Shown here piece after piece: positions 11,728 through 25,754 of a stretch of DNA of 64,000 nt. This DNA is from Malacoraja senta. Its lineage: Eukaryota. Location of the stretch: the NCBI GenBank assembly GCA_038087875.1, contig CM076000.1, forward strand, positions 1,798,001 through 1,862,000, read 5' to 3'. The notes below the pieces were generated by a model. It did no database searches, had not been told where the DNA came from, and was given only the letters and a program-made list of their open reading frames with translations. Each line of letters begins with the position of its first letter. The first letter of the stretch is position 1. A program made the translations under genes and the position numbers.

Positions 11728-13261
11728 GGCCAATATACCACGGGTAGGAAGGAACTGCAGATGCTGGTTTATACTGAAGATAGACGCAAAATGCTGGAGT
11801 AGCTCAGCAGGTCAAGCAGCATCTCTGGAGAGAAAAGGAATCGGGTTAGAACCCTTCTTCAGACCCTGTAAACCACCATCACTTACCTAATGTATGGAAG
11901 TGTATAAAATAACACAAACTCGAAAGTATAATACATATAGCAATACCTCGACTGGTGAGAAATACAACCTTCAGTAAGAAATCTTAATTAATGGGTGTGA
12001 GCATTTTTTTCTCCTTGGTTTCCTCCTGCCTTTCCCAAATCCACTTGCTTCTGAGTTCACACCTGTTTGCTGATGATCTGTGTCCATAGGCATGTGGTAG
12101 GGATGCTTTTACCTTTCAGTACAGTAGAGTCTCAGATACAGATTGCCGAGAACTTCATCACAAATTGTTCTTAGCAATGAGGAGCAATGCGGAAATGTAA
12201 TTTTTTTTCACAAAAGGACACAAATTACCGGAGTAACTCAGCAGGTCAGGCAGCATCTCTGGAGAACATGGAAAGGTAACGTTTTAAGTCAAGACCCTTC
12301 TCCAGTCTAAAGAAGGGTCTCAACCCAAAACATCACCTATCCATGTACTCCATGGATGCTGCCTGACCTGCTGAGTTACTCCAGCACTTGGTGTCCTTTT
12401 GTGTATTAACCAGCCTCTGTAGTTCTTTGTTTCTACTTCTATAAATTTCTGCACTTGTTTATAAAAACCATCATTGTGGTATCTTTTAAATATTTGTGTA
12501 ATAGTAATTACTGTTAGCATTTAAAAGAAGCAGGGCAACTATTTAAAAAAAAGGCACCACGGGTGTGCAATATATTATTTTCTATCTCTGTCTTTTGAAA
12601 AAGCACAAAAGTCCGCTTGCACACCATATCAAGTTCATCAGGCGTGCCAAAGCCACATTTGAGATGGAGGTGAAGAGTGTATTAATATATTGCAGTGTGT
12701 CTGTGTGTTTGCCTGGCATGTGCGTCTGTGCCTGTGCACTCTGATGGCCACGCAAGAGACAGCTCACGTGGAAACAGATGTTACAAGATCCTTGGGAATG
12801 TCAATGGACCAGTGCGAGCAAATCACTGATGAATTCTCTGTATCGCCCTGTTAGGGAGGTTGTTGTAAAGACTTGTGCAGTCTGAGCTCAGCAATTCATT
12901 AGATAACATCTCCATGGAAACTTTGTTAACATTACTTAAGACTGGTGGGTACAAAGCCAAGAATTTTATTAACATTCCTCTATTAAAACCAAGTAAATTC
13001 ATATTATTGGTAGTACAGTTGCTAAATGTATCTCCTTCTGGCACCTTCCAATTTGAAAACCAATGCCCTGGGACAAAGATCTATCTCCCTTCTTCCTAGT
13101 CCCATCTCCTTCTAGTTTCTCTTACCCTTTTTTGCCTTTCTGCCTCCTCTCTTTACTGTGAACATTGTATTCACAAGATCCATCTTCTACTCGTTCCATT
13201 CTATTTCCATTAAGCTTGCCCACCTGCCTGCCCTTCCTGGTCCTCATTTAGTTGATATTAT

Positions 13262-13885
13262 CATCACACCAACGCCTCTACTTCCAAAGAAGACTGAGGA
13301 AATTTGGCATGTCTCCAATGACTCTTGCAAACTTCTACAGATGCACCATTGAAAGCATACTGTTGAGTTGCATCACAACTTGGTTTGGGAACAGCTCTGC
13401 CCAAGACTGCAAGAAATTGCAGAGAGTTGTGGATGTAGCCCAGTCCATCACATAAACCAGACATTCCACCATTGACTCCATGCTGCTTGGAAAACCAGCC
13501 AACATAGTCAAAGACTTGTACTACCGAGGTTTTCATTCTCCTCCCTGTTCCAATCCAGCAGAAGGTACAGCATGCGCCACCAGACTCAGGAACAGCTTCT
13601 TTCCCTCTGTTATCAGACTTCTGAACAGTCCTTCTATTAGCTAGGGTGCTGTCTGATTTACCTCAATCCTATTGCAGTCATTGGACTTTGTGTATGGAAC
13701 TGAGGCACTACAACGCTGACAACTACATTCTGCACACTGTATCCTCACCTCCATTCTATTTATTGTTTTAGAGTTTGACTTGAGTATTTATGTATAGTAT
13801 ATCTGATCTGTTTGGATAGCATGTAAAACAACTTTTCACAGTAACTTAGTACACATGACAGTCATAAGCCTAATCCTAAACCTAA
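13262..13885 (+). mobile_element. Rex1/Babar-type LINE 3' end
   Basis: HQRLYFQRRLRKFGMSPMTLANFYRCTIESILLSCITTWFGNSSAQDCKKLQRVV, followed by a 3' UTR ending gtacacatgaca...(cctaa)n. Confidence 0.85.
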
Positions 13886-14194
13886 TAATTAAATCGGCAA
13901 CATCATCCAAAAGCACAGCATCAGTTTTCACATATTCACCAGCATCACTCACTCCAATTCACAACAAGATTTCAACCTCAATTCCTCCACGATTTCTAAA
14001 CAATCAACACAGTATGCAATATCCAGCAGTTGGCTGAGTGTATGGAGAAGACCAAAGCACAGGTTTCTGGTCCATGCTGCAGCCTTTATTCTCTAGCCAT
14101 CAACTCAATGCCTACCAATGGTCTCAAACTGAGCCAGATTTGGTATCAAACTTGACCACTGGATGAGCTACAAATAATATACCGGCACCATCAC

Positions 14195-14700
14195 TCAGAT
14201 AACCTATTTTCACCTCTACCGTGCACCCCACCTTTGATTTATCCTAAGGTAATTCATCTGCTGCTGAAATCCCATTCATGCTTTTGTTACGTACACATTT
14301 GTCTCTTCCAATACACTCTTGGCTGGCGTCCTTAATTCTGCTCATTGGTCTGAAGTAGTTTAGGCACAGTAGGGGCGGAACAGTAGCGTAGTTGCTGCCT
14401 TACTGCACCAGAGACCCAGATTTGATCCTCACTATGGGTGCTGTCTGTACGAAGTTTGTATGTTCACCTTGTGACCGCATGGGTTTTCTACAGGTGCTCC
14501 GCTGAAGCAATGCCTTCCTTGATTTAAAAATCCTCATTATTATTTTTCTAGTCCACTGGTACTCTCAACTTTCTTAATCTCAATAATCTCATACAGTCCT
14601 CTATCCCTCTGAGGTTTGTCTATTCTTCTGGCCTCCATAGCTTTGCTGAAACAAATGACTCCATGTGTAGAGTTGACAATTCAATAGGCTCTGTAATTCC
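14195..14700 (+). mobile_element. Ancient L2-like LINE remnant with an inserted partial HE1 SINE (about 14372-14500)
   Basis: catctgctgctgaaa..ccattcatgcttttgttac...tccaatacactcttggctgg resembles the AETLIHAFVTSRLDYSNALLAG region of L2. SINE head lies at 14372. Confidence 0.5.
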
Positions 14701-17331
14701 TTACAATATTTATTTCTATTCCCTCCCTCCTTTGTGTTTCTACTGCTTGTCATTAAATGTCCATGCTATTTGCCTCAACTGTTCTTTGATTAAAGCTGCT
14801 AAACTAGTTCAGAAATGACCAAGGAGTGAAATTATTTGGCCCCAACAATAAAGTATCATTGAACCGTTAACATTGCTAGCTTGCAAGCAGCTCATTGGAA
14901 GCCAAAGGAAGCTGAGGAAAGACTCAGCTTCCTTAGTGCTAGATGGACAATGCTAAGAGGGATGTCAAGGAAATATATACAAATTATATAGTATTACTTT
15001 CTCCTTATCGCAGTCTCAGTTCACTCGGCCTAACCATATTCCCGCACCGAACTTCAAACTTTATGCCCCTCCAGCTTCCTCTTACCCATCAACATACATT
15101 TCCAATGACTCCCTCCTTAGTATCTTCAGCTTGCCCTCAAATGTATTTATGCTATTTGCCTCAACTGTTCTTTGACTAAATCTGTTAGGTTAGTTCAGAA
15201 CCGACAAAGGAGTAAAATTATTTGGCACCAACATCCACACAGACCCAGTGGATCTTGATTTAGTAAAAGAGGGTTGTAAGCATCAGATAAACGTAATAAC
15301 ACGTATCATAAAACCCCCCACAATGTTTAGGGGCCAAATCCGACCACAACCGAAGCCAACTCAATAACTGAGCTATTTTCGATGGAAATAGTATTTCACA
15401 TTGAAGTGGCAGAAAGTAACACGTAATCTGCAGTATAATCCCCACCAAAACTGTTGTTTTACCTGTTTCTGAAAGGGAGAGGTGTAGAGAAGAATGATAA
15501 TTTGGGCCAAATGTTTGACAGAAGTTTGCACATCTACAACGAAAGCAAGGAATCGATAACAAAATTAGATCAAGCCTACAGACGGAGCTATAGCACTCAG
15601 TTTTGAATAAAATAATGTGATGTGTTGGGGAGGAATCGGTCTCATGACAGGGAAAAATTAGGGTGAATTAAATACCCTTTGTGCATTTTGTTAACATGAT
15701 CTCACAAGGATGCCAATTGTATTACTCATGTAAAGCTTAAGAAAAGAATATTGTAAAGTCAAACTAAGATTTATGCCATCAAGGAGGCATTTCTGTAAGA
15801 CTGCATAAACTTCATGTTTATCATACAAAAACAATAAATTCACTGGTAACATCACTACTTGTAATTCTTCAGCAGAAAGACAATATACATATAGCTTTAA
15901 ACAAATTGTAATCCAGAGGATTGTACATTTATATCTCCTCCTTTTTCTTTACAATTGCATGTATCTGTGAATTGTGGGGGGTAAAATGGAGAAAGAAGTT
16001 AGTATAGACAAAGTAGATAAGAGTATAATATCCTAACAAACAGAATTTAACAGGCATTCTAAAAACATGAAGTTATCATGTTTGACTAATGATACAAAAT
16101 CAAGCTTTATCACTGCTAGTTTTTATTGGCTTCCATACAGCTGGATGAATTTAGTGCATTTGCAGGGGGAGAAGGATTTACTCGCCGTGGAGCTGCTGCA
16201 ATAACAACACAATCTTTGTAGAATTTATAGATTTTGTTTAGAACTCCCTTTTGAAATGTCTTTGATCATTGCCCATGCAGGTCCTGTTTTAATGAGCACT
16301 TTTAAAAATTTCCAAATATTATTGCTCTCAGTAAATCAAACTCTTCTTTATATTCTTTCCCATTCTTCTTTATATTCTTACTGGTAGAAAATGTTTCCTT
16401 ATTCAGAATCATCATGTAGTAAACATATAAAGTGCTGCATTTTAACGCAGCCTTCCCAACGAGGGAAATGATCCATGGTATTTAACAAAACTTTTTTTTT
16501 CTATATCTTACACAGGTGTTTCAAACTAACCACCCTTTACTGCCACAGGAAAGGTTGACTGCATCACAGAAGGTTGGAGGGGCGATGTTTGACTTCCAAA
16601 GTTTATTTCGCAGCTTGCATTAGCATTCAACAGGAATAAGGAGTGATTAATTTTCATATGTACCGAAACAGAATAATGAAATGAACAGATACAAAAGCGA
16701 GAACCTGCCTAGAATGAGACTTTAGAAGATTATACAAATGAAATATAAAACGGCAAGTGTATTTGATGTTACTTTGTGATATTCTAAGAGACTGCCAATG
16801 TGAGGACATTGTAAAACACACTAAAATCCGTGAATATACCATTTTACAGAGTTTTCTTCTGTTGCAATACACATGCATCATTTAATTCTAATTCATCAAC
16901 ATATTACAATTGACTGTTGAGCCTTATTTTTTAAAACAAAACAGTTACATAGCAAGAAGTATGGAGTTTTAAAACCAAGTGGTCTCAAGGAACAACAATA
17001 ATGTAAATAATACGCAGTACTGTATTTAACATAGAAAAACATTCAAAAGAATTCCACAGGAAAGTTATCAAACAGAAAGTTGCTAGAGTCACAAAAAATG
17101 AGATATAATAATCAAATGATCAAAAACCTGATTAGGTAGGTTTTAAAGAGCTGGGTTCACGGCATTCAATGGAACAGCAATTAAATTTGGGGATGCCAAT
17201 GAAGAGGCAAGAAGTTAAGACTAGAGGAGATTACAGAGGAAGGGAGGGGCAGGGCCAAAGAGGATGAGAATTAAAACGTTAAGGAGTTGCTTAACAGCGA
17301 GCTGGTGTAAGTCTGAGAGCAAAGTGGTGAT

Positions 17332-17684
17332 AGACACAAAATGCTGGAGTAACTCAGCAGGTCAGGCAGCATCTCCGGAGAAAAGGAATAGGTGATGTTT
17401 TGAGTCGACCCTTCTTCACACTGAGTTAGGGGAGAGGGAAGCTTTTCTCCAGCCTCCCACAGACCGCCACCAGCGACTCTGCCGACCCCCACCTCCCCGC
17501 CTCCTATCAGCAGCCTGGGTGGGGTGGTGGCTCCAGGTGGGCGGTGGGCAGTGGGCAGTGGGGGTCGGCAGAGTCACTAGTGGAGGTCAGTTGGAGTAAA
17601 GAGATGCTAACTGACCTGCTGAGTTACTCCAGCATTTTGTGTCTATCTTTGGTGTTAACCAGCATCTGGAGTTCCTTCCTACAC
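17332..17684. mobile_element. Fold-back PLE pLTR-type module with 14-bp TSD
   Basis: Inverted arms (agacacaaaatgctggagtaactcagcaggtcag ... ctgacctgctgagttactccagcattttgtgtct). TSD agcaaagtggtgat at 17318-17331 and 17685-17698. Confidence 0.8.
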
Positions 17685-19254
17685 AGCAAAGTGGTGATGT
17701 ATGAATAGCATTCAGTACAGTTGAAACAAGTAGTGATGCTCGATGACCTTTGGTTTATTAAGAATAAAGTTGGATTTAAATAAAATTTAGTTATTATTTA
17801 GAGATAGACTGAAGTCAAGTGGATGTCTAAAATAGTTAAATTTAAAACCTTACCACATATGCATAAAAAGAGATGTAATGCTGAAAGTGATTTAACTAAC
17901 AATGCAGAGCAATGATTGATCAGGATTATTGTGCAATAGTGAATTAATCTAAAATGCATTTATGTTTTAACTATGTAACTAAACAAAAAACCCAGGATAT
18001 ACGGTTATTATTTAAATGAATGGTAAACTAGTAGATCAAACAGCAGGAATGCACTAAAGCATTTTAAAATCTGGATGGAGATACAGGGAACTGCAGATAC
18101 TGGAATCTTACGCAGTACACAAACTGCTGGGGTAACTCAGCAGGTCCGGCAGCATCTGTGGAGGAAAGAAAAGCCCTGACCCAGACATCACCTATGCACA
18201 TTCTCCAGAGATGCTACCTGACCCGCTGAGTTACTCCAGCACTCTGTGTTCTACAAAAAAAAAAGATTAAGTATACTCCAAGGGCAAAGAAGGTACATTG
18301 AGATGAGGAATCCCACATAAATATTGATCACAACAAACATGAAATGAATAAAGAGGTACACAATAAATAACAATCATGGAAAAATGTGAATAAGTGTTAT
18401 GGAAAAGAAGCTAAGTAAGAGACTGGGATAGGATACCATTTGTCGACAGCAAGGAACTTAAAAGTAAAAAGATACATTTAATGTATTATCAACAGTTTAG
18501 CATTTGAGACTGAAAGCAACAAACAATTCCTTATCCCACCATTTTGAGTAGGAACATCTCATATCCATTGTGTTTGAAGGACATTGATCTCATGGACCAT
18601 TGAAGATTTGTGAACAGAGGAAAGATTATGATAGAAACAGCAATTTTCAAAATAAGCTGTGATAGGAAGATTTTTAACAGGTCAAATGGTAAAGGGAATA
18701 AACAAGTTGCTTTGTTTCTGTCAAGCAAGGTAATGCACTGATTCGGAGAGTCGAAGCATGTTATTTTGTATTATTACATGAAGATAAGTTGTACCAGTTG
18801 AACAACTTGAGACAAACCATAAATTGTTGCCTTCTTCACTTGTTATAAAACAAAGTATCTTAAGTAATCTGAATGTGACCTTGATTTACCAACTGTTTCT
18901 GAGTCCAAGAATGGCGGATGGTTGTTTGGTGTGTAAACAATACGAGTATCAATGGGCAATACTGTTTCACCTTGTTTTATGGCATCACGGAGTGGAAAAA
19001 GGACAATGTGGGCATATGTATAGGAACGAGAGAACAAATTTTAAATTCTGAATGGAAGAGTACTTCCGCAAATTCAATGCTTTCAAGAAAAGTTAATATT
19101 TAATGCTTAAATATTAAGACTTATTTGAAGCACAGCTGAACCTAAATCCAGATTTTGATGCTCTAAAAAAGGAGGAACTTCACTCTTAAGTAGCGACCAT
19201 GTGAGTAGTACTGCAGCTTTCTCCTTATATATCAACTTAAATATGATTGATTGC

Positions 19255-19550
19255 AAGATACAGCATAGTAACAGGCCCTTTGGCTCACTGAATCCACGCT
19301 GACCATCAATCACCGGTTCACATTAGTTTAATGTCATCCCACTTTGTCACACACTCCCTACATGCTTGGGACAATTTTACAGAGGTCAATTAGCCTACAA
19401 CCCCACACAACTTTGGAATGTGGGAGAGCACAAGGAGGAAACCCACGCGGTCACAGGGAGAACATGGCACAAGGTCACAAGGTCAGGATTGAATCTGGGT
19501 ATCTGGCGCTGTGAGGTAGCAACTCTACCAGCTACGCCACTGTGCCAGCC
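19255..19550 (-). mobile_element. HE1-like V-SINE (older)
   Basis: Degenerate reverse-complement match to the SINE consensus. Confidence 0.7.
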
Positions 19551-20589
19551 TTAAATGGATTTGGATTAAATGGATTTGGCTATCCCGAGGTCTGAACAGT
19601 TTAAAAAATATATATTTATAGCCCAGATTTTATGGCGTTAACTGCAAACAAAACCCGTTTCAAAGTTCGAGGGATCTCTGGCAAAAATCTCTTTTCTGAC
19701 TTCTATCTTTGTTTCTATGTTGCTGTCAGGCATTAGTTTAATGGAGTGTGTAGCAGCCAGTAGCTGTGATGCGGCCAAGCTGGCCAAGGAGCCAATCACA
19801 TCAAGAATCCTTGGTCAACACACAAAGGAAAAAGCACAATTTTAAATTATTTTATAGATTGTTAAATAAAGACTGGAACAAAGTTTAATTGTTAATTAAA
19901 GACATCAATCAATGAAATGTTGAATGTTTATTGCATTTAAATTGTTTTTGCCTTTACATTTACTTTATTTTGAAATATTTGGCTGAGCGGATTACAATTC
20001 ATAAACAAAGAACTTAAGTAATTATGGTACAGTGTGCCATTATAAACTCACCTGGTCCTTTTATAAAGCATTATATTTTCAGTAGATGTCACAAGACCAG
20101 TTTTTAAACAGCTTAAATTTATGGCAATGCAATGGTGATATTCACAGATGATTGCCGTGTTCAGTTCCATTTACAACTCTTCAAATAATTAGGCGGCTTG
20201 TGCCCGCATGTAGCTAGACTTGCAAATGTTCAGGCTAAGACTAATGAATGCTAATGAATCATTCTAATGAATAATAGAACATACATAGAATAGTACAGTA
20301 CAGGAACAAGCCCTTCGACCCACAATATTTAAGCCATACGTGATGCCATTATAATTAATAATCTTATTGATTAATAATATGAATAATTACCGTAATAATT
20401 ACATATTATTAAGATAGTTGTAAATCTTATGAAAGATTTTATATACTGATATACTGGAAATGATAAAAATAATTCAAGTTCAATGCAAACGTGTTATTCA
20501 TACCACAAAGTCAAATTAGTGATTGCCAGATCAAAATTTAGCATTACTAAAATGGATAGATGTAAACAAATATCTCTGAATTTTAGTTG

Positions 20590-20890
20590 AGTTTAATTTA
20601 GAGATGTGGCACAGACACAGGCTCTTCCGTCGTTGTGAGCGAGTTCACAACGACCAGCGCTCCACTAACACTATCCTATACACAAGGGACAATTTACGAT
20701 TCTTACCAAAGCCAATTAACCTAGAAATCTGCATGTCTTTGGAGTGTGGAAGGAAACCGGAGCACCCGGGGACAATCTAGGCAGTCACGGGGAGAATGTA
20801 CAAACTCCATACAGACAACCCATAGTCAGGATTGAACCCGGGTCTCTGGCGCTGTAAGGCAGCAATTCTACCACTGCATCACCGTGCCAT
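20590..20890 (-). mobile_element. HE1-like V-SINE
   Basis: Reverse complement of the head (ggattgaacccgggtctctggcgctgtaaggcagc) and V-domain. Confidence 0.85.
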
Positions 20891-20940
20891 CACAAATGTT
20901 ATAACCATTTTTAAAAATAGTAAAAGCAAGAATAATAGAG

Positions 20941-22228
20941 GGCCATTTGTCTCATTCATCAACTTTACCACCAATTTTCATCCTGCACTCAAATTTACTT
21001 GGACGATCCTTGACACATCGCTCCCCTTTCTTGATCTCAGACTCAATCACAAGAAATAGACTATTGACTGACGTCTATTACAAACCCACAGACTCCCACA
21101 ACTATCTCGACTACACTTCTTCCCACCCTGCTTCCTGCAAAGACTCTATCTCCAACTACCAATTCCTCCGTCTACGCCGTATCTGCGCCCAAGATGAGGT
21201 GTTCCGTACTAGAGCATCCGAGATGTCCTCATTCCTTAGGGAACTGGGGTTCCCCTCCCATCATAATTGAGGCCATCACTCGTGTCTCCTCAGTACCCCC
21301 GCAGCTCCGCCCTTGCTCCCCCTCCTAGTCGCAACAGAAACAGTCCCCCTAATCCTTATCTTCCACACCATCAGCCATTACAACACATAATCCTCCGAAA
21401 TTTCCGCCACCTCCAACGGGATCCCATCACTAGCCACATTTTCCCATCTCCACCCCTTTCCACATTCCGCAGAGACCATTCCCTCCGCAACTCCCTGGTT
21501 AACTCATCCCTTCCCACCCAAACCACCCCCTCCCCAGGTACCTTCCCCTGCAACCGCAGAAGATGCAACACCTGTCGCTATACCCCCTCCCTCGACTGTC
21601 CTGGGACCCCGACAGTCGTTTCAGGTTAGGCAGAGGTTCACTTGCACCTCCTCCAACTTCATCTACTGTACCCGTTGTTCAAGATGTGGACTCTTATGCA
21701 TTGGCGAGACCAAACGCAGACTGGGCGATCGTTTCGCGGAACACCCTCGCTCAGCCCACGTGAACCAACCTGATCTCCCGGTTGCTGGACACTTTAATTC
21801 TCTTTCCCATTCCTACACAGACCTTTCTGTCCTCGGTCTCCTCCATTGTCAGTGAGGCTAAACACAAATTGGAGGAACAGCATCTCATATTTTGTTTGGG
21901 CAGCTTACAGCCCAGTGGTATGAATATTGATTTCTCTCACTTCAGGTAGCCCCGGCATTCCCTCTCTCTCTATCCCTCCCCCACCCAACGCGCAGTAGCT
22001 TCTCATTTTCACCCTCCAAACAGTTTACAATGGCCTGTTTCCTTTATCATCCTTACTTTTTGGCATATCTTTCAATCAATGTTTTTTGCATATCTTTCAT
22101 TCACCGTCTATATCTCTCATTTCCCTTATCCCTAACCAGTCTGAAGAAGGGTCTCGATCCGAAACATCACCCACTCCAAAGATGCTGCCTGTCCCGCTGA
22201 GTTACTCCAGCTTTTTGTGTCTATCTTT
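20941..22228 (+). mobile_element. 5'-truncated Penelope-like retroelement: RT thumb, GIY-YIG endonuclease and 3' pLTR with hammerhead-like core
   Basis: FINFTTNFHPALKFTW, LPFLD, TDVYYKPTDSHNYLDYTSSHP, QFLRLRRIC, CNRRRCNTC, FTCTSSN.IYC..CSRCGLL.IGETKRRLGDRFAEH. Frameshifted. ctgaaga...gaaac-atc at 22141. Confidence 0.93.
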
Positions 22229-22851
22229 TGTCTCATTTATCTTGTTCCACTCATCAACTTCACCCAGCCAAACCTGCACCTTGAATTATTTTTTATTCTC
22301 TAATAAATATATTCAGTTTAGAAGATGGCAACAAGTCAATGTAAGGTCACGTTCATGAACTGAGCAACTTTGGAAGTGTTATATATAGCAATGGATCTAA
22401 CCGCATGCTTTTAAGGACTCTTATAGAATTGGGAAATGATATTGTGTCAGGCTACAATATCAGACATTCAACTTTATTTGAGAAAGCCATAGACATTTTT
22501 TTGTGGAGCACCACACATTATGTTATACTAAATATAGACTGAATAGTGTTCACTGTTCTGCAAAATGTGCTTTTCATTACAAATAAGTGAGACATTTATA
22601 CTGGGATTGGAACAGTCACAAGTATTCATGGGAGGTTTTGTTCAACTTTGAAAGCAAACCATAAAATGTGTTTTGCTGCTATTCTTCTTTAACCCAGCTG
22701 TCTATACTTGAATTTTGTTCTGTAATATGTCAACGTGAAATAGTCCTGGAATTTGAATTTAAATTAGGTTAATTTAAAACAATTCCTGAAAAATTAGCCA
22801 AAAGATCTTTCAAATAAAATGCAATGTCATTCACTCATATCTCCAGAATTT

Positions 22852-23142
22852 GGCAGTGGCACAGTGATAGAACAGTTGCCTTACAATGCCAGAGACCCGG
22901 GTTCGATCTTGACTATGGGCGCTGTATGTACGGAGTTTGTACGTTCTCCCTATGACCATATGGGTTCTTCCGGTTTCTTCCCACATTCCAATGACATGGA
23001 GGTCTGTAGGTTAATTGACTTCAGTAAATTGGCCTTGGTGTGTAGGATGGAACTAGTGCACAGGTGATCATTGGTCGGCATGGATTCAGTGGGCAAAAGG
23101 GCCCATTTCCATGCTGTATCTCGAAACTAAAACAAAACTAAA
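22852..23142 (+). mobile_element. HE1-like V-SINE
   Basis: Head with B box gggttcgatc, V-domain, (aaact)n tail. Confidence 0.85.
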
Positions 23143-23327
23143 CTCAATTATGAGATCTGGATTCATCCATAATATTCATTAATAATTCTTACATTACAAT
23201 GATGACTACACTTTAAAATTGGCATTAGCTCTAATGCAATTTTTGGATGCCCTGACAAGATGAGAGATACACCAGAAATGCATGCACGTTTCGTATCTTA
23301 TTACCAGCCAAACGTAGTTTTTTTTAA

Positions 23328-23650
23328 GTTTAGTTTAGAGACAGAGCATGGAAACAGGCCCTTTGCCCCACCGAGTCCGTGCCGACCAGCGATCCCCATA
23401 CACTAGCACTGTCCTAGTGTCCCCATACACTAACACTATCCTACACACTAGGGGCAATTTCCAATTTTACCAAAGCCAAATAGCCGACAAACTTGTACGT
23501 CTTGAGTGTGGGAGGAACCCGGAGCACCTGGAGAAAACCCATGCAGGTCACGGGGAGAACGTACAAACTCTGTACAGACAAAATCCATAGTCACGATCGA
23601 ATTCGGGTCTCTGTCGCTGTATGGCAGCAGTTCTACCGCTGTGCCATCAT
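23328..23650 (-). mobile_element. HE1-like V-SINE
   Basis: Reverse-complement consensus with a small internal duplication (ccccatacacta). Confidence 0.85.
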
Positions 23651-25419
23651 GTCGCCCAAGCCTGAAGCCTTTATGTAAAAACATAAGACAATAGAAGCAG
23701 GCCACCAGGACCTTCGCACCTGCCCCATCACTCAATACTACTGATGTGGCCTCTTTTACTTCGGCAAGATCTCGCCAAACATTTCCGCTCTGCCCAAGGA
23801 CTACTGGAGCACGCAGTCAATAAAGATTTTAACTGTCCTTCCCATTCCATCCTTTTTGTCCTTGGTCATATTTGAATCCATCCAATTAGGCTTCCTCACT
23901 TTTGTTCATCAGTGGAGATCACTCTGTCTTAGCTGTTTTTAATGTATTCAATCTTTATATTTACCAAATTGCAGATCAGGCAACTTATTACTCCCATCTA
24001 CTTGAAATTTCCTGTGATGTTTATTTCCCATTTTAAAAAACTAACCTGGTTCTTGACTAACCTGTTGTGTGTTTTCATTTTGAAATTCCATCATTTATAG
24101 TTCATTGATTTCTATTTGTAAATGGTTCAGTGTCAATCAGGAACCTCCTGTAGTAAATAACCATTGTTTATGCAAGGACTGGTGATAGATCAAGGCAAGG
24201 TCAAGCATGATCTTTCCTAAGTAACTTTCCACTTCATCCAAATCTATGAACCTCACACCCCTTTCTGAAGAGCACAAACTAAAAAAGATGGCAATTCCCC
24301 CTGCCATGGAGTATCAGCTATAATCCTCCAGAAAATAGTTCTGTACTTTCTGAACCTTATGTTATATACTTGGACTAGTTCTCATAATTTGAATGATACT
24401 TCTATATCGTCAATATCTAAAAAATGTTCCAAACAGTTTTCCAAAAATGTAATAGAATACTTTGCAAAATATTTTGAGTTCAATGGTGTATTTCTGGGTG
24501 TGGATTTCCCAGTTGGAAAAGCTCCTGCGTATATACTGGCCTTGTAATAAAAATCCAGTTGGCATTTATGATATTATTTCACTACCTGTGTGGGCTTTCC
24601 AATGACAAAACATTTAAACAAAATCAAAAATACCTATTCCTTAAAATGAAAAAAGCTCTAAGTTGGCTCCATCTGTGTTACAGTTCTTCAACTTCATATT
24701 CACTGCTGAGATTATTCCCAACCATCCAGTTTTTTGCTTGTTTCCTACCATGAGATTTAATCACAGCATCTAAGCAGAGTTCCAACCGTTGTCAGTATAT
24801 CAATAAGAATTCGATAGTTGGCAAGAAGAAGAAACCCCTCTTTGAACTGCCACTTTGATGTTTTATTCTGCCCTGGATACTCATTCTTAAACAGAAATAA
24901 ACGTACCGGTCAATCACAGGTACTGACCACCCTACCATCAAAGGGATAAATAGGAGGCACTGTTTCAAAATGGCAGCCAGCATTCAAAGACCCACACCTT
25001 ACCATCAGGTAGATGAAAACCATGACCACCGAGTTCAAGAATAGCTTTTTCCCCAATAAACATTAGGCTCTCAAACACTCCACAACATGAACCTCAATGA
25101 CTATGAACTTTTAGAAACGCTCTTTGGTTGCAATATGGACATCCAATCATATACTAGTATTAGTTATCAATTTATTAATTTATTGAATTAAAAAATCTTA
25201 TCTGTCTGCATTTACGTACCCGCTAAGCTGTGCAGGTAAGAATTTCGTAGAAACAAGGAACGGCAGATGCTGGTTTATACCATAGAAAGACACAAAGTGC
25301 TGGAGTAGTGGGCCAGTCAGCATCTCTGGAGAAAATGGATGGATGACGTTTTGAGTCAGGACTGTATTTCCAGTAAATCAGTCTGTATTTCCAGAGATGC
25401 TACCCGACCTGCTGAGTGA

Positions 25420-25728
25420 AGGCCCTGTCCCACTTTCCCGAGTTACTCACAAACTCTCCCGAGTTTTCCCCTTGATTCGAACTCGGGGAATGTCGGGGAA
25501 TGTCCATAGCGAGTCCGTAGATGTTTCGTAGCGGCTTGTAATGCCAGCCGTAGGAACTCGGGGCATCAGGTAAGTCGGGACGTTTTTTCAACATGTTGAA
25601 AAATGTCCACGAGTTTAAAAAATAGCCCCGAGTACCTACGAATGGCTATTACCGTAATTCTCCGAGTTCGAATCAAGGGGAAAACTCGGGAGAGTTCGTG
25701 AGTAACTCGGGAAAGTGGGACAGGGCCT
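25420..25728. mobile_element. PIF/Harbinger-type MITE (309 bp)
   Basis: TIRs of about 68 bp starting AGGCCCTGTCCCACTTTCCCGAG. 3-bp TSD TGA/TTA. Removing it restores the host consensus gctgagTTActccagc. Confidence 0.85.
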
Positions 25729-25754
25729 TTACTCCAGCACTTTGTGTCTATCTC

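Noticed and set aside
20045..20090. Strong minus-strand donor (CAG|GTGAGT) suggesting another MICU2 exon
   Set aside because: No suitable upstream acceptor or MICU-like peptide, and the exon chain is already complete without it.
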